Below, one piece after another: positions 39,278 through 48,244 of a DNA stretch of 51,349 bases. Every line of letters starts with the position of its first letter. Within the stretch, counting starts at the first letter, position 1. Made by a program: the position numbers and the translations under genes. Origin of the DNA: Candidatus Limnocylindria bacterium. Its GTDB lineage: Bacteria > Chloroflexota > Limnocylindria > QHBO01. Location: contig DASSIB010000026.1 in NCBI GenBank assembly GCA_035692365.1, positions 1 to 51,349 on the forward strand, written 5' to 3'. The notes beneath the pieces are model-generated. The model had not been told where the DNA came from. It was given only the letters and a program-made list of their open reading frames with translations, and made no database searches.

Positions 39278-39310
39278 GTGGAGAGGCTAGCACAGGCGAG
39301 ACTGAGTATC

Positions 39311-40108
39311 ATGTGCGGCGTGAGCAATGGCAGCGGCCTGGTCCTGCGCAGCGTGAGCGCCGGGTATGGCGCCGACCTCGTGCTGCAGGATGTCGACCTC
39401 GCCATCCCCCCGGGCACCCTGGTGGGCGTGATCGGTCCCAATGGATCGGGGAAGAGCACGCTCCTCAAGGCCATCCTCGGCCTCGCCCCAGAGACAGGTG
39501 GGACCGTCCTGCTCGACGGCAGGCCGGTCGCAGAGCAGCGCTATCGGGTCGCCTACGTGCCGCAGCGCGAGGCGGTCGACTGGAGCTTCCCGGTGAGCGC
39601 GGAGCAGGTGGTGATGATGGGCCGCTATCCGCGCGTCGGCTGGCTGCGCATCCCCGGCGCGAGCGATGCGGCCGCGGTGCGCGGTGCCCTCGATCGTGTC
39701 GCCATGGCGGACCACGGTTCGGCCCAGATCGGCGCCCTCTCGGGCGGCCAGCAGCAGCGCGTCTTCCTGGCGCGTGCCCTGGTCCAGGAGGCATCGGTCC
39801 TCCTTCTGGACGAGCCGATGACGGGGGTGGACCAGACAACCGAGCAGCTGATCGTCGGTCTGCTGCAGGAGCTGCGAGACAGCGGGACCACCATCCTGCA
39901 TGCGACCCATGACCTCGAGTCCGCGGCCGAGGTCTCCGACCAGCTCTGCTTCGTCAACCGCCGGGTGGTGGCCTACGGTCCACCTGCCGAGACCTTCACG
40001 CCGCCGATCCTCCACTCCACCTTTGGCGGAGAGCTGCTGATCGTGCGCGAAGGTGAGCACACCCACGTGCACGGCGGTGGCCATCACCACGGGGCGAGCG
40101 ACCAGTGA
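39311..40108 (+). CDS. metal ABC transporter ATP-binding protein
   Basis: Walker A GPNGSGKST, signature LSGGQQQRV, Walker B LLLDEP. Internal ATG chosen as start. The upstream part of the track ORF is antisense junk. Confidence 0.88.
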   Translation: MCGVSNGSGLVLRSVSAGYGADLVLQDVDLAIPPGTLVGVIGPNGSGKSTLLKAILGLAPETGGTVLLDGRPVAEQRYRVAYVPQREAVDWSFPVSAEQVVMMGRYPRVGWLRIPGASDAAAVRGALDRVAMADHGSAQIGALSGGQQQRVFLARALVQEASVLLLDEPMTGVDQTTEQLIVGLLQELRDSGTTILHATHDLESAAEVSDQLCFVNRRVVAYGPPAETFTPPILHSTFGGELLIVREGEHTHVHGGGHHHGASDQ

Positions 40109-41001
40109 GCTGGCTGACCGACCCGCTCGGCTATGACTTCGTCCTGCGCGCCCTCGCCGAAGTGGTGGTGATGGGCGCCACCTGTGGCGCGATCGGGGCC
40201 TACGTCATCGTCCGGCGGCTGGCCTTCATCGGCGACGCCATCAGCCACGCCGTCTTCCCCGGCATCGTGCTCGCCTACCTTGCCGGCCTGAGCGTCTTCG
40301 GCGGCGCCCTGGTGGCGGGGCTCATCACGGCGTTCGGGATCGCGCTCGTTGCCAGGGGCGGGCGGATCCGCGAGGACGCCGCCATCGGCATCTTCTTCGC
40401 CGCTGCGTTTGCGCTGGGGATCGTCCTGATCAGCACGCGCCAGACCTTCCAGGGCGACCTCACCGGCTTCCTGATCGGCAACCTGCAGGGCGTGTCGGCA
40501 GGCGACATCGCCATCAGCGCGGCGGTTGGGGTGGCGATCATCGTCGTGCTGGCGGCCGTCCACAAGGAGCTGGTGCTCGTCTCGTTCGACCGGACGCTCG
40601 CGTCGGCCCTCGGCTACCCGGTCTTCGCCCTCGACGCGCTGCTCCTGGTGCTCCTCACGGTGACGATCGTCGTCAGCATCCAGGCGGTCGGGATCATCCT
40701 GGTGCTGGCGATGCTGGTCACCCCAGCCGCCACGGCTCGGCTGCTGGTCGACCGCTTCGTCCCGATGCTCCTGCTCGGCGCGGTCATTGGGGCGGTGGTC
40801 GGGGTGGCCGGCTACTACCTCTCGTTCCACCTCGGAACGGCCTCCGGCGCGACGATCGTGCTCCTGGCGACCGCGCTCTTCTTGATCGCCTTCGTGGCCA
40901 GCCCGACGCACGGGCTGCTCGGGCGTCGCCTCCACCGTCATCCGCAGCACGCGGGCGCCTCGCCGGCCGTCGATCCGCCGACGGGCCACCAGCACGGCTG
41001 A
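40105..41001 (+). CDS. metal ABC transporter permease (ABC-3 family)
   Basis: Multi-TM protein of about 298 aa. GTG start overlaps the ATPase stop (GTGA). Confidence 0.88.
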   Translation: MSWLTDPLGYDFVLRALAEVVVMGATCGAIGAYVIVRRLAFIGDAISHAVFPGIVLAYLAGLSVFGGALVAGLITAFGIALVARGGRIREDAAIGIFFAAAFALGIVLISTRQTFQGDLTGFLIGNLQGVSAGDIAISAAVGVAIIVVLAAVHKELVLVSFDRTLASALGYPVFALDALLLVLLTVTIVVSIQAVGIILVLAMLVTPAATARLLVDRFVPMLLLGAVIGAVVGVAGYYLSFHLGTASGATIVLLATALFLIAFVASPTHGLLGRRLHRHPQHAGASPAVDPPTGHQHG

Positions 41002-41063
41002 TTGGCCGCTGCGAGAGCCGCGGCTATCATCTGGGGTCCACGTCCCATGTCAGGAGGAGTCCC

Positions 41064-41456
41064 ATGAGCGACCATCCAAATGCAGCCGTGGTGCGCAAGT
41101 ACCTGGAGGCGATGACGACCGCCGACGTGCAGGCCGCCGCTGACCTGCTCACCGACGACATCGAGTGGCACGAGATCGGTCGGAAGGACGCCATCCACGG
41201 CAAGGCCGCGCTGGCCGAGCGCTTCGGCATGGGCAGTGGCGCGGCTCCGAGCTACGAGATCACCGGCGAGGCGCATGACGTGATCGGTGGCGACGACCAC
41301 ACGGTTGCGCTCATGACTGCGCACGCCACCCGCGGCGGCGAGTCGCTGGACTACAAGGTCGCCGAGATCTACCACGTCCGCGACGGCAAGATCTCCGGAC
41401 GCTGGGCCTTCTCGGACGACACCGAAGCGATCAACGCGTTCTTCAAGGGCGAATGA
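41064..41456 (+). CDS. SnoaL-like / NTF2 family protein
   Basis: 130 aa with a cone-fold-type pattern (DDIEWHE, VRDGKISGRWAF). AGGAGG SD upstream. Confidence 0.7.
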   Translation: MSDHPNAAVVRKYLEAMTTADVQAAADLLTDDIEWHEIGRKDAIHGKAALAERFGMGSGAAPSYEITGEAHDVIGGDDHTVALMTAHATRGGESLDYKVAEIYHVRDGKISGRWAFSDDTEAINAFFKGE

Positions 41457-41493
41457 CCGCTACGCCGTCCCGCGACCTGACCTGGGCCGCGCT

Positions 41494-42153
41494 CTAGACC
41501 AGGCGGCGGTCCGACGCCCAGCGGGTCAGCTCGTACCGGTTCGAGAGCTGGAGCTTGCGCAGCACCGCTGATACGTGGGTCTCGACGGTCTTGACCGAGA
41601 TGTGCAGCTCCGAGGCGACCTCCTTGTAGGTGTAGCCGCGCGCGATGAAGCGCAGCGTCTCGCGCTCGCGAGCGGTGAGCAGGTCGAGCTCCGGATCGAT
41701 CGGTTGGTCTGACTCGCTCGCGAAGGCGTCCAGCACGAAGCCGGCCAGGCGCGGGGAGAAGACGACGTCCCCATCGTGGACGCGCCGCACCGCGGCCACC
41801 AGCTCATCCGCCGAGATCGACTTGGTGACGTAGCCGCGCGCTCCCGCCCGGATGATTCCGATCACGTCCTCCGCGGCATCAGAGACGGAGAGGGCGAGGA
41901 ACTGCGCCTTCGAGCCCGCCGCGCGCACCCCCTCGATCACGCCGCGACCGCCGCCTGCCGGCATGTGGACGTCCAGGAGCACGACCTCCGGATCGGCCTG
42001 CACGATGCCGGCTACCGCCTCCTCGACCGTGCCGGCGTCGCCGACGATCCGGCAGCTGGCGCTCAGCTCCGAGCGCACGCCGGAGCGGAACAGCTCGTGG
42101 TCGTCCACCACGAAGACGCTGACGGCGGCGGCCGCGCGGGTTGCGGCGGTCAT
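41494..42153 (-). CDS. response regulator, NarL/LuxR family
   Basis: Receiver motifs VVDDHELFR and LLDVHMP. LuxR HTH LTARERETLRFIARGYTYKEVASELHISVKTVETH. The ATG overlaps the kinase stop (ATGA at 42150-42153). Confidence 0.9.
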   Translation of the reverse strand: MTAATRAAAAVSVFVVDDHELFRSGVRSELSASCRIVGDAGTVEEAVAGIVQADPEVVLLDVHMPAGGGRGVIEGVRAAGSKAQFLALSVSDAAEDVIGIIRAGARGYVTKSISADELVAAVRRVHDGDVVFSPRLAGFVLDAFASESDQPIDPELDLLTARERETLRFIARGYTYKEVASELHISVKTVETHVSAVLRKLQLSNRYELTRWASDRRLV

Positions 42154-43394
42154 GCGGGCTTCGCCTTCCGCGGGAGCCGCATCACGACCTCGGTGCCGGC
42201 GCCGGGCCGGCTCGTGACCTCGGCGGTCCCGCCGTGCCGTTCGAGCCGTCCCACGATCGAGTCCGCGATCCCCCGCCGGTCGGCCGCGACCTTGTCCGGG
42301 TCGAAGCCGCTGCCGAGGTCGCGCACGTAGGCGGTCGTCGCGTCGTCCTCGACCTCCACATAGACCGATACCTCCGTCGCACCCGAGTGCCGCGCGGCAT
42401 TCAGCGTGGCCTCGCCGACAGCTGCGACCAGGGCGCTGGTGCGTTCGTCGAGGTCCGAGTCGCCGACCACGATCGCCTCGACCTTGACCTGCTGCTCGCG
42501 CTCGACGCGCCCGGCCATGGCGTCGATTGCGTCTCGCAGCCGCGCCCCCGCCAGCGTCGGCGCGCGACCGTACAGCCACGCGCGCAGCTCCCGCTCCTGC
42601 GTCCGCGCCAGGCTGGCCATTTCGCGCGACGCCGGCGCGCGCTGGATCAGCGCCAGCGTCTGGAGCACCGAGTCGTGAAGGTGGGCGGCCATCTCGGCGC
42701 GCTCCTCGCTCCGGATGCGGGTGCTGCGCTCGTCGATCAGGTCGCGCCCGATGCTCCAGATCCACGGCCCGCCGATCAGCCCCAGCCCGCCGATCGCCAC
42801 CATCGCCGCCAGCAGCATCGGCCCGACCACGTCGAGCTGCGCGTTGTAGCCAAGGAAGATGGCGCCCGCACCGAGGATCAGGAGCGAGCCGATGGCGACC
42901 CGCGCGATCGAGCGGCGGCCGCTGATCACGACGTCGAGCGGCGAGCGGCTGGCTCGATCCTCGCCGCTGCGTGCCCACAGGATCGCGAAGCCGACCGCGG
43001 CGAGGGTCACGGGCCAGGCCAGCGCCTCCCCGAACCAGAAGCCGGAGACGTAGAGGAGGATCGCAACGCCGACCAGGATCAACCCCGCACCGAGCGCCTG
43101 GGAAACCGTGGGCCGGATCAGTCGCCGCGCCGGGGGATTCGCGGTCGGATCGAGTGCCTCCTGCGGCGCCAGCAGCCAGGTCAGCAGGTAGACAACGATG
43201 CCGAAGCCAAACGCGATCGAGAGGAGGACGAAGGCGATCCGCACCGTCGTCGGCTCGATGCCCAGGTGCTGGCCGATGCCGGCCGCAACCCCGCCAATGA
43301 CCCGGTCGCTTCGGCTGCGCTCGAGGCGCGGCCGCGGCGCGCCGTCCACCGCGTTGCTCGCGCGCCGCACGCCCACCTGTGCCATGGCCGGCAT
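42150..43394 (-). CDS. PspC-domain sensor histidine kinase (HisKA_3 type)
   Basis: N-terminal PspC motif SRSDRVIGGVAAGIGQHLGI plus TM segments. H-box AAHLHDSVLQTL. ATP-binding region DLGSGFD...GTEVVMRLP. Confidence 0.88.
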   Translation of the reverse strand: MPAMAQVGVRRASNAVDGAPRPRLERSRSDRVIGGVAAGIGQHLGIEPTTVRIAFVLLSIAFGFGIVVYLLTWLLAPQEALDPTANPPARRLIRPTVSQALGAGLILVGVAILLYVSGFWFGEALAWPVTLAAVGFAILWARSGEDRASRSPLDVVISGRRSIARVAIGSLLILGAGAIFLGYNAQLDVVGPMLLAAMVAIGGLGLIGGPWIWSIGRDLIDERSTRIRSEERAEMAAHLHDSVLQTLALIQRAPASREMASLARTQERELRAWLYGRAPTLAGARLRDAIDAMAGRVEREQQVKVEAIVVGDSDLDERTSALVAAVGEATLNAARHSGATEVSVYVEVEDDATTAYVRDLGSGFDPDKVAADRRGIADSIVGRLERHGGTAEVTSRPGAGTEVVMRLPRKAKPA

Positions 43395-43430
43395 GTTCGC
43401 ACACCACCTGCGATGGAACGATCCGGGATG

Positions 43431-43461
43431 ACCCTGACCCGATGTGGACGCGGGTCAGGGT
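43431..43461. promoter_or_regulatory. 11-bp perfect inverted repeat in the divergent PspC promoter region
   Basis: ACCCTGACCCG (43431-43441) / CGGGTCAGGGT (43451-43461) with a 9-nt spacer. It lies between the kinase start (43394) and the PspC-LiaF gene start (43506). Confidence 0.4.
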
Positions 43462-43505
43462 AGTTCCAGGGTGCTCCCCGATAGGCAGTTGCGCGGCGGC
43501 GGGCG

Positions 43506-44684
43506 ATGATCGGGCCGATGACGAGCCAGGACACGCAGCGGACCGACGCGACGGGACGCCACCTCCGTCGCCGGACCAGCGACCGTGTGATCGGTGGCGT
43601 GGCGGGCGGGCTTGGCGACTACTTCAACGTCGATCCGCTGCTCATCCGCATCGCCTTCGTGGGCCTGATGCTCTTCGGCGGCGCCGGCGCGGTGCTGTAC
43701 CTCGTCGGGTGGCTGCTGATGCCGGCCGAGGGACAGGACGAGTCTCCTGTCGAAGCCCTGTTCGGGCGGATCGGCCTCACGCCGCGACGCATCGGCTGGA
43801 TTGCGGTCTCCCTGGTTGCCGCGGTCATCTTCATCTCCATCTTTCCGATTGGCGGGCCGTTCGACGGCTCGGGCTACCTGTACATCGGACCACTGGGGAT
43901 CGATCCCGTCGCGTTCTGGGCGGTGGCCGTCATCGGGGTCGGCTACCTGCTGATTCGCCGCCGGGAGACGAATCCGGCGGCGGCCGGTGTGGCTGCCATC
44001 GCCGGTGTGGCTGCCATCGCCGGCGTGGCTGCGACGCCGGCGGCGGTCGCGTCGCCCCGGGCTCCGGCCGTGCGGCGGCCGCGCTCGCCACTGGCGTGGT
44101 ACGCGTACGCCTCCGTGCTCATCGTCATCGGCGTGCTGGCGCTCGTCAGCCAGGTCGCCAACGTCGAGGTGCAGCCGGGTCAGTTCTTTGGCGCCGCGCT
44201 GACCGTGCTGGGGGTCTCGCTGGTGATCGGCGCCTGGTGGGGCCGGGCCAGGATCCTGATCCTGGTCGCCGTCCTGCTGGTCCCGATCGCGATCTTCTCC
44301 AGCTTCATCACTGCCCCGCTCGAGGGTGGGATCGGTGATCACCGCTACACCCCGGTCACGGTGGCGGAGGTGAGGGACGAGTACCGCTCGATGGGCGGGC
44401 GGGTGATCCTCGACCTGACCAACCTGCACACGAGCCCCCGGGACATCCACATCGCGGCAAGCGTGGCGGTGGGCCAGCTGGTGGTCATCGTGCCCGAGGG
44501 GGCATCGGTCGAGCTGCGCAGTCGAGTCGGAGCCGGGGATTCGTACGTCCTCGGCTCACAGGACGTCGGCACGAGCCTGGACGGCCGATACGTGCGTCGC
44601 CACTTCAGGCAGACGACCTACGTCCTCGACCTCGAGATCGGAATCGGTCAGGTCTTCGTGACGGACTCGGGGGTCAACTGGTGA
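43506..44684 (+). CDS. PspC domain membrane protein with LiaF-like C-terminal domain
   Basis: PspC motif TSDRVIGGVAGGLGDYFNV and several TM helices. The C-terminal beta-rich region (VILDLTNL...GQLVVIVPEG...LDLEIGIGQVFV) resembles the LiaF/DUF2154 family. Confidence 0.85.
   Translation: MIGPMTSQDTQRTDATGRHLRRRTSDRVIGGVAGGLGDYFNVDPLLIRIAFVGLMLFGGAGAVLYLVGWLLMPAEGQDESPVEALFGRIGLTPRRIGWIAVSLVAAVIFISIFPIGGPFDGSGYLYIGPLGIDPVAFWAVAVIGVGYLLIRRRETNPAAAGVAAIAGVAAIAGVAATPAAVASPRAPAVRRPRSPLAWYAYASVLIVIGVLALVSQVANVEVQPGQFFGAALTVLGVSLVIGAWWGRARILILVAVLLVPIAIFSSFITAPLEGGIGDHRYTPVTVAEVRDEYRSMGGRVILDLTNLHTSPRDIHIAASVAVGQLVVIVPEGASVELRSRVGAGDSYVLGSQDVGTSLDGRYVRRHFRQTTYVLDLEIGIGQVFVTDSGVNW
43983..44036 (+). 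repeat. in-frame 18-bp tandem repeat (2 perfect copies plus 1 degenerate)
   Basis: GCCGGTGTGGCTGCCATC occurs at 43983-44000 and 44001-44018, followed by GCCGGCGTGGCTGCGACG at 44019-44036. These encode AGVAAI AGVAAI AGVAAT. Confidence 0.9.
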
Positions 44685-44893
44685 CACGCCATCCGGCGGA
44701 TCTGCTCTCGCTCGTGGCAGGGCTCGCCGTGCTCGGCCTGGGCCTCCTGCTCCTGTCGGGCGGCGTCGGTGACCTGCCGATGGAGTGGGTCGGGCCGTTG
44801 GTGGCCATCGGCCTGGGAGCCATGATCATCTTCGCGGCCCGACGACCTCGCGAAGCGAGCGACGAGGAGCCGGGCACCGGCAGCGAGGGATGA
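44681..44893 (+). CDS. small membrane protein (two predicted TM helices)
   Basis: 70 aa. GTG start overlaps the upstream stop (GTGA), and its own stop overlaps the next ATG (ATGA). Hydrophobic LLSLVAGLAVLGLGLLLL and GPLVAIGLGAMIIFAA. Confidence 0.55.
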   Translation: MTRHPADLLSLVAGLAVLGLGLLLLSGGVGDLPMEWVGPLVAIGLGAMIIFAARRPREASDEEPGTGSEG

Positions 44894-45768
44894 GCGACGA
44901 GCAGCCCGTCCTCGAGACGCACGACCTCGCCAAGCGCTACGGCCGGCGCACCTGGGCACTGACAGGGATCGACCTGGCCATCCCGCAGGGCGGCATCACC
45001 GCCCTGGTCGGACCGAATGCCGCCGGCAAGTCGACGCTGATCAAGACCTGGGTCGGCTTCGAGCGGCCGACGCGAGGGAGCGTGACGGTGGGCGGGATCG
45101 ACCCATGGAAGGATCGTTCCGGGGTCCTCGGGCTGGTCGGCTACGTCCCGCAGGCGCCTGCGCTGTACGACGGGCTGAGCGTCGAGGATCACCTCGACCT
45201 GGCGGTCCACCTGCGGCCCGACTTTGACCGCGTCTACGCCCGCACCCGACTCGACCTGCTCGGCATTCCGGCCGAGCAGGGGGCGAAGTCACTCTCTGGT
45301 GGCCAGCAGGCCCAGGTGGCGCTGGCGCTCGCCCTCGGCACCCGGGCGAGGATCCTGCTGCTCGACGAGCCGCTGGCCAGCCTCGATCCGCTCGCCCGTC
45401 GTGAGTTCCTGCACGTTCTGACGGATGCCGTCCGATCCGACGGAGCCACCGCGCTCCTCTCGAGCCACATCGTCACGGACGTCGAGCAGGCCTGCGACCG
45501 ACTGGTGGTGTTGGGCGTGGGACGGATCCTCCTCCACGACGGCGTGGCATCGTCCCTCGCGTCGCACTGGATCGCGACCGATGGCGCCGATGCGGTTGGC
45601 GCCGCAACGATCGGGTCGTTCGGTGGTCCGGGGGGTGAGCGTCTGACGCTCCTGCGCGGCACACCAGCTTCGCCCGCGACAGTCGACCTGCGTCAGGCAA
45701 CGCTGGAAGAGGTCGTGCTCGGCTACCTCGCCTCGGCGCGACCCGTCATCGGTCTGGCTGCCGCTTGA
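44890..45768 (+). CDS. ABC transporter ATP-binding protein
   Basis: Walker A GPNAAGKST, signature LSGGQQAQV, Walker B LLLDEPLASLD. ATG at 44890. Confidence 0.88.
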   Translation: MSDEQPVLETHDLAKRYGRRTWALTGIDLAIPQGGITALVGPNAAGKSTLIKTWVGFERPTRGSVTVGGIDPWKDRSGVLGLVGYVPQAPALYDGLSVEDHLDLAVHLRPDFDRVYARTRLDLLGIPAEQGAKSLSGGQQAQVALALALGTRARILLLDEPLASLDPLARREFLHVLTDAVRSDGATALLSSHIVTDVEQACDRLVVLGVGRILLHDGVASSLASHWIATDGADAVGAATIGSFGGPGGERLTLLRGTPASPATVDLRQATLEEVVLGYLASARPVIGLAAA

Positions 45769-46718
45769 CGCTCAGGGGCTGGCGGCTGGCGTTCAAGATG
45801 CAGCGCCTGGAGTTGCTGCTCTTCGTGGCCGCGGCGGTCCTGGTCACGATTGCCTCGCTGCTGATTGCCTGGGGGGCGAGCGAGGCGCGCGCCTCCTTCG
45901 ACGCCTGCTACGAGGCGGCCGGGACGGACGCCAAATGCGGCACCTCCCCGAGCTTGAATGACTTCTCGATGTGGGGAGGCTTCGCGAGGATCAGCGCCTT
46001 CATCACGCCGTTCGCACTTGGGCTGATCCTGGGCATCCCGGTCGTCGCCCGCGAAGTGGAAGGACGCACCGCGCCGATTGCCTGGACGCTCAGCCGATCT
46101 CGCTCTCGCTGGCTTATCCAGCGCGTCATTCCGCTGGTGGTCGTGGTCATCGTCCTCGCCGTGGCGGTCGGCATCGGCAGCGAGTTCGTGACACGCACGA
46201 ACCCCTTTGCGGACCTCGCCTCGAACCCCGGCTTCGCCGATTACACCGCCAGGGGCTGGATGCTACCGGTCCGGGCGCTCGCCGCCCTGTTGCTCGGCAT
46301 CGCGGTCGGCGCCATGGTGCCCCGGCAGCTGCCGGCCCTCCTGCTGTCCGGTGCCGTCACGCTGGCGCTGTTCGTGGGGCTGTCAATCGGCATCGACACC
46401 TGGATGACCGCAGAGGCCAAGCCAATCCCCCTGGTCGAAACCCGATTCGGGCCGATTGCGGACGGGCCTCGGATCTTCGACATCGCCTACCGCGAGGATG
46501 CCACGGGCAAGCTGATCAGCGAGAACGACTTCTATACCCGCTACGAGGACGTCTTTGCGCCGGACGGGGAGATGCCAGAGGGATTCACCCAGGTTGCCAT
46601 CGGGATTCCGGGCACGGAATACGCCGTCTGGGCCGTCCGCGAGTCCGCGATCCTAGGTGTCCTGGCGCTCGCCAGTGGCGGCCTGGCCATCGCCGTAGTG
46701 CGGCGGAGGCGGCCCTAG
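45765..46718 (+). CDS. ABC-2-like transporter permease / membrane protein
   Basis: 317 aa with about 6 hydrophobic segments. TTG start overlaps the ATPase stop. Confidence 0.65.
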   Translation: MTLRGWRLAFKMQRLELLLFVAAAVLVTIASLLIAWGASEARASFDACYEAAGTDAKCGTSPSLNDFSMWGGFARISAFITPFALGLILGIPVVAREVEGRTAPIAWTLSRSRSRWLIQRVIPLVVVVIVLAVAVGIGSEFVTRTNPFADLASNPGFADYTARGWMLPVRALAALLLGIAVGAMVPRQLPALLLSGAVTLALFVGLSIGIDTWMTAEAKPIPLVETRFGPIADGPRIFDIAYREDATGKLISENDFYTRYEDVFAPDGEMPEGFTQVAIGIPGTEYAVWAVRESAILGVLALASGGLAIAVVRRRRP

Positions 46719-46742
46719 CCAACCGCGGGTAGAGTCCCCCGC

Positions 46743-48026
46743 ATGACATCCGAGGTCAGCCGGAATGACCCGGCGCGAGCAGTCGAGCGGACCTATCTGA
46801 CGCTCACCCTGCTGAGCACGCTCGCCTCGTCGTTCATCTGGGGCATCAACACGATCTTCCTGCTCGACGCGGGCCTCAGCAACGTCGAGGCGTTCGCCGC
46901 GAACGCCTTCTTCACGGTGGGGATGGTGATCTTCGAGATCCCGACCGGGGTCGTCGCCGACACGCGCGGCCGCCAGCTCTCCTACGTGCTGGGCGCCGGA
47001 ACGCTCATCGTCGCCACGCTCCTCTACCTCGTGATGTGGCAGATCCACGCGCCGCTGTGGGGCTGGGCGATCGCCTCGATCCTCCTTGGCCTGGGATTCA
47101 CCTTCTTCTCGGGCGCGACGGAGGCATGGCTCGTCGACGCCCTAAACGCGACGGGGTTCCAGGGCCACCTCGAGCATGTCTTCGGGCGTGCCCAGACGGT
47201 CGCCGGGGCGGCGATGCTGGGTGGAACGGTGGCCGGCGGCCTCATCGCGCAGGTCACGGACCTCGGCGTTCCGTACGTCATCCGCGCGGCGATGCTGGGG
47301 GTCACGCTCCTGGTGGCCTTGCGCTTCATGCGCGACATCGGCTTCTCGCCGGACCGTGACGCGAGCCCGGTGAAGGCGGTCCGTAACGTCCTCAAGGGCT
47401 CCATCGACGGCGGCCTCCGCAACCCGCCGGTGCGCTGGCTGATGCTGGCCGCGCCGTTCACGGCTGGGACCGGCATCTACGTCTTCTACGCCGCGCAGCC
47501 ATACCTGCTCGAGCTGTTCGGCGATCCGAACGCGTACAGCGTCGCGGGCCTGGCGGCGGCGATCTTCGCCGGCGTCCAGATCGGCGGCGGCCTGCTGGTG
47601 CCGTATGTCCGGCGGCTCTTCAGGCGGCGGACCGATGCGCTCCTCATCGGCGGCGTGCTGGGCGTCGCCTGCCTGGGCGTCCTGGGGCTTGAGCCCGGCT
47701 TCGTCGTGGCCCTGGCGCTGCTGGCAGCGTGGGCGGCCATCGGGGCGGTGACGAGGCCGATGCGCCAGGCGTACCTGAACGGCGTGATCCCGTCCGAGCA
47801 GCGCGCCACGGTGCTCTCCTTTGACTCACTGATGGGATCCGCCGGCGGCGTGGTGGCGCAGCCCGTCCTGGGCCGGGTCGCCGACGTCAGCGGCTACGCG
47901 GCCTCCTACCTGGTGTCCGCCGCGGTCCAGGTCGTTGCATTGCCGCTCGTGCTCCTGGCACGCCGCGAGAAGTCACCGTCGGACCCGATCACCGACGACG
48001 TCGAGGTAACCGAGCCGGCCCCGTAG
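46743..48026 (+). CDS. MFS transporter
   Basis: 427 aa with about 12 TM segments and a loop 2-3 motif of the type VADTRGRQ. Confidence 0.85.
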   Translation: MTSEVSRNDPARAVERTYLTLTLLSTLASSFIWGINTIFLLDAGLSNVEAFAANAFFTVGMVIFEIPTGVVADTRGRQLSYVLGAGTLIVATLLYLVMWQIHAPLWGWAIASILLGLGFTFFSGATEAWLVDALNATGFQGHLEHVFGRAQTVAGAAMLGGTVAGGLIAQVTDLGVPYVIRAAMLGVTLLVALRFMRDIGFSPDRDASPVKAVRNVLKGSIDGGLRNPPVRWLMLAAPFTAGTGIYVFYAAQPYLLELFGDPNAYSVAGLAAAIFAGVQIGGGLLVPYVRRLFRRRTDALLIGGVLGVACLGVLGLEPGFVVALALLAAWAAIGAVTRPMRQAYLNGVIPSEQRATVLSFDSLMGSAGGVVAQPVLGRVADVSGYAASYLVSAAVQVVALPLVLLARREKSPSDPITDDVEVTEPAP

Positions 48027-48114
48027 AGTCGGGTCTTGCAGCCGAAGGGCGGGGAGGCGCATAGTCCGCGCATCCGCTCGCGCCCGCGAGCTCGCACGGA
48101 AGGAGGAACGAGTA

Positions 48115-48156
48115 GTGCAGATCGGCATTGCAGTCCCTCCCGGCCGCCCGGAGTAA
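48115..48156 (+). CDS. candidate 13-codon upstream ORF (MQIGIAVPPGRPE), speculative
   Basis: AGGAGG at 48101-48106 lies 8 nt before GTG 48115. TAA at 48154-48156. It is out of frame with the RIO gene and 88 nt upstream of it. Confidence 0.25.
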   Translation: MQIGIAVPPGRPE

Positions 48157-48244
48157 CGCCCCCGCTTCTGTCCGAGGCCCATCGGCGCTCCTGATCCGGC
48201 CGGGATCCCACCATTCCCGACCCTGTTTGCAGGAGCGCTTTTTC

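Noticed and set aside
48081-48094. Palindrome CTCGCGCCCGCGAG in the MFS / RIO kinase intergenic region.
   Set aside because: The loop would be only 2 nt, so it is not a credible hairpin. It is short, GC-rich and likely fortuitous.
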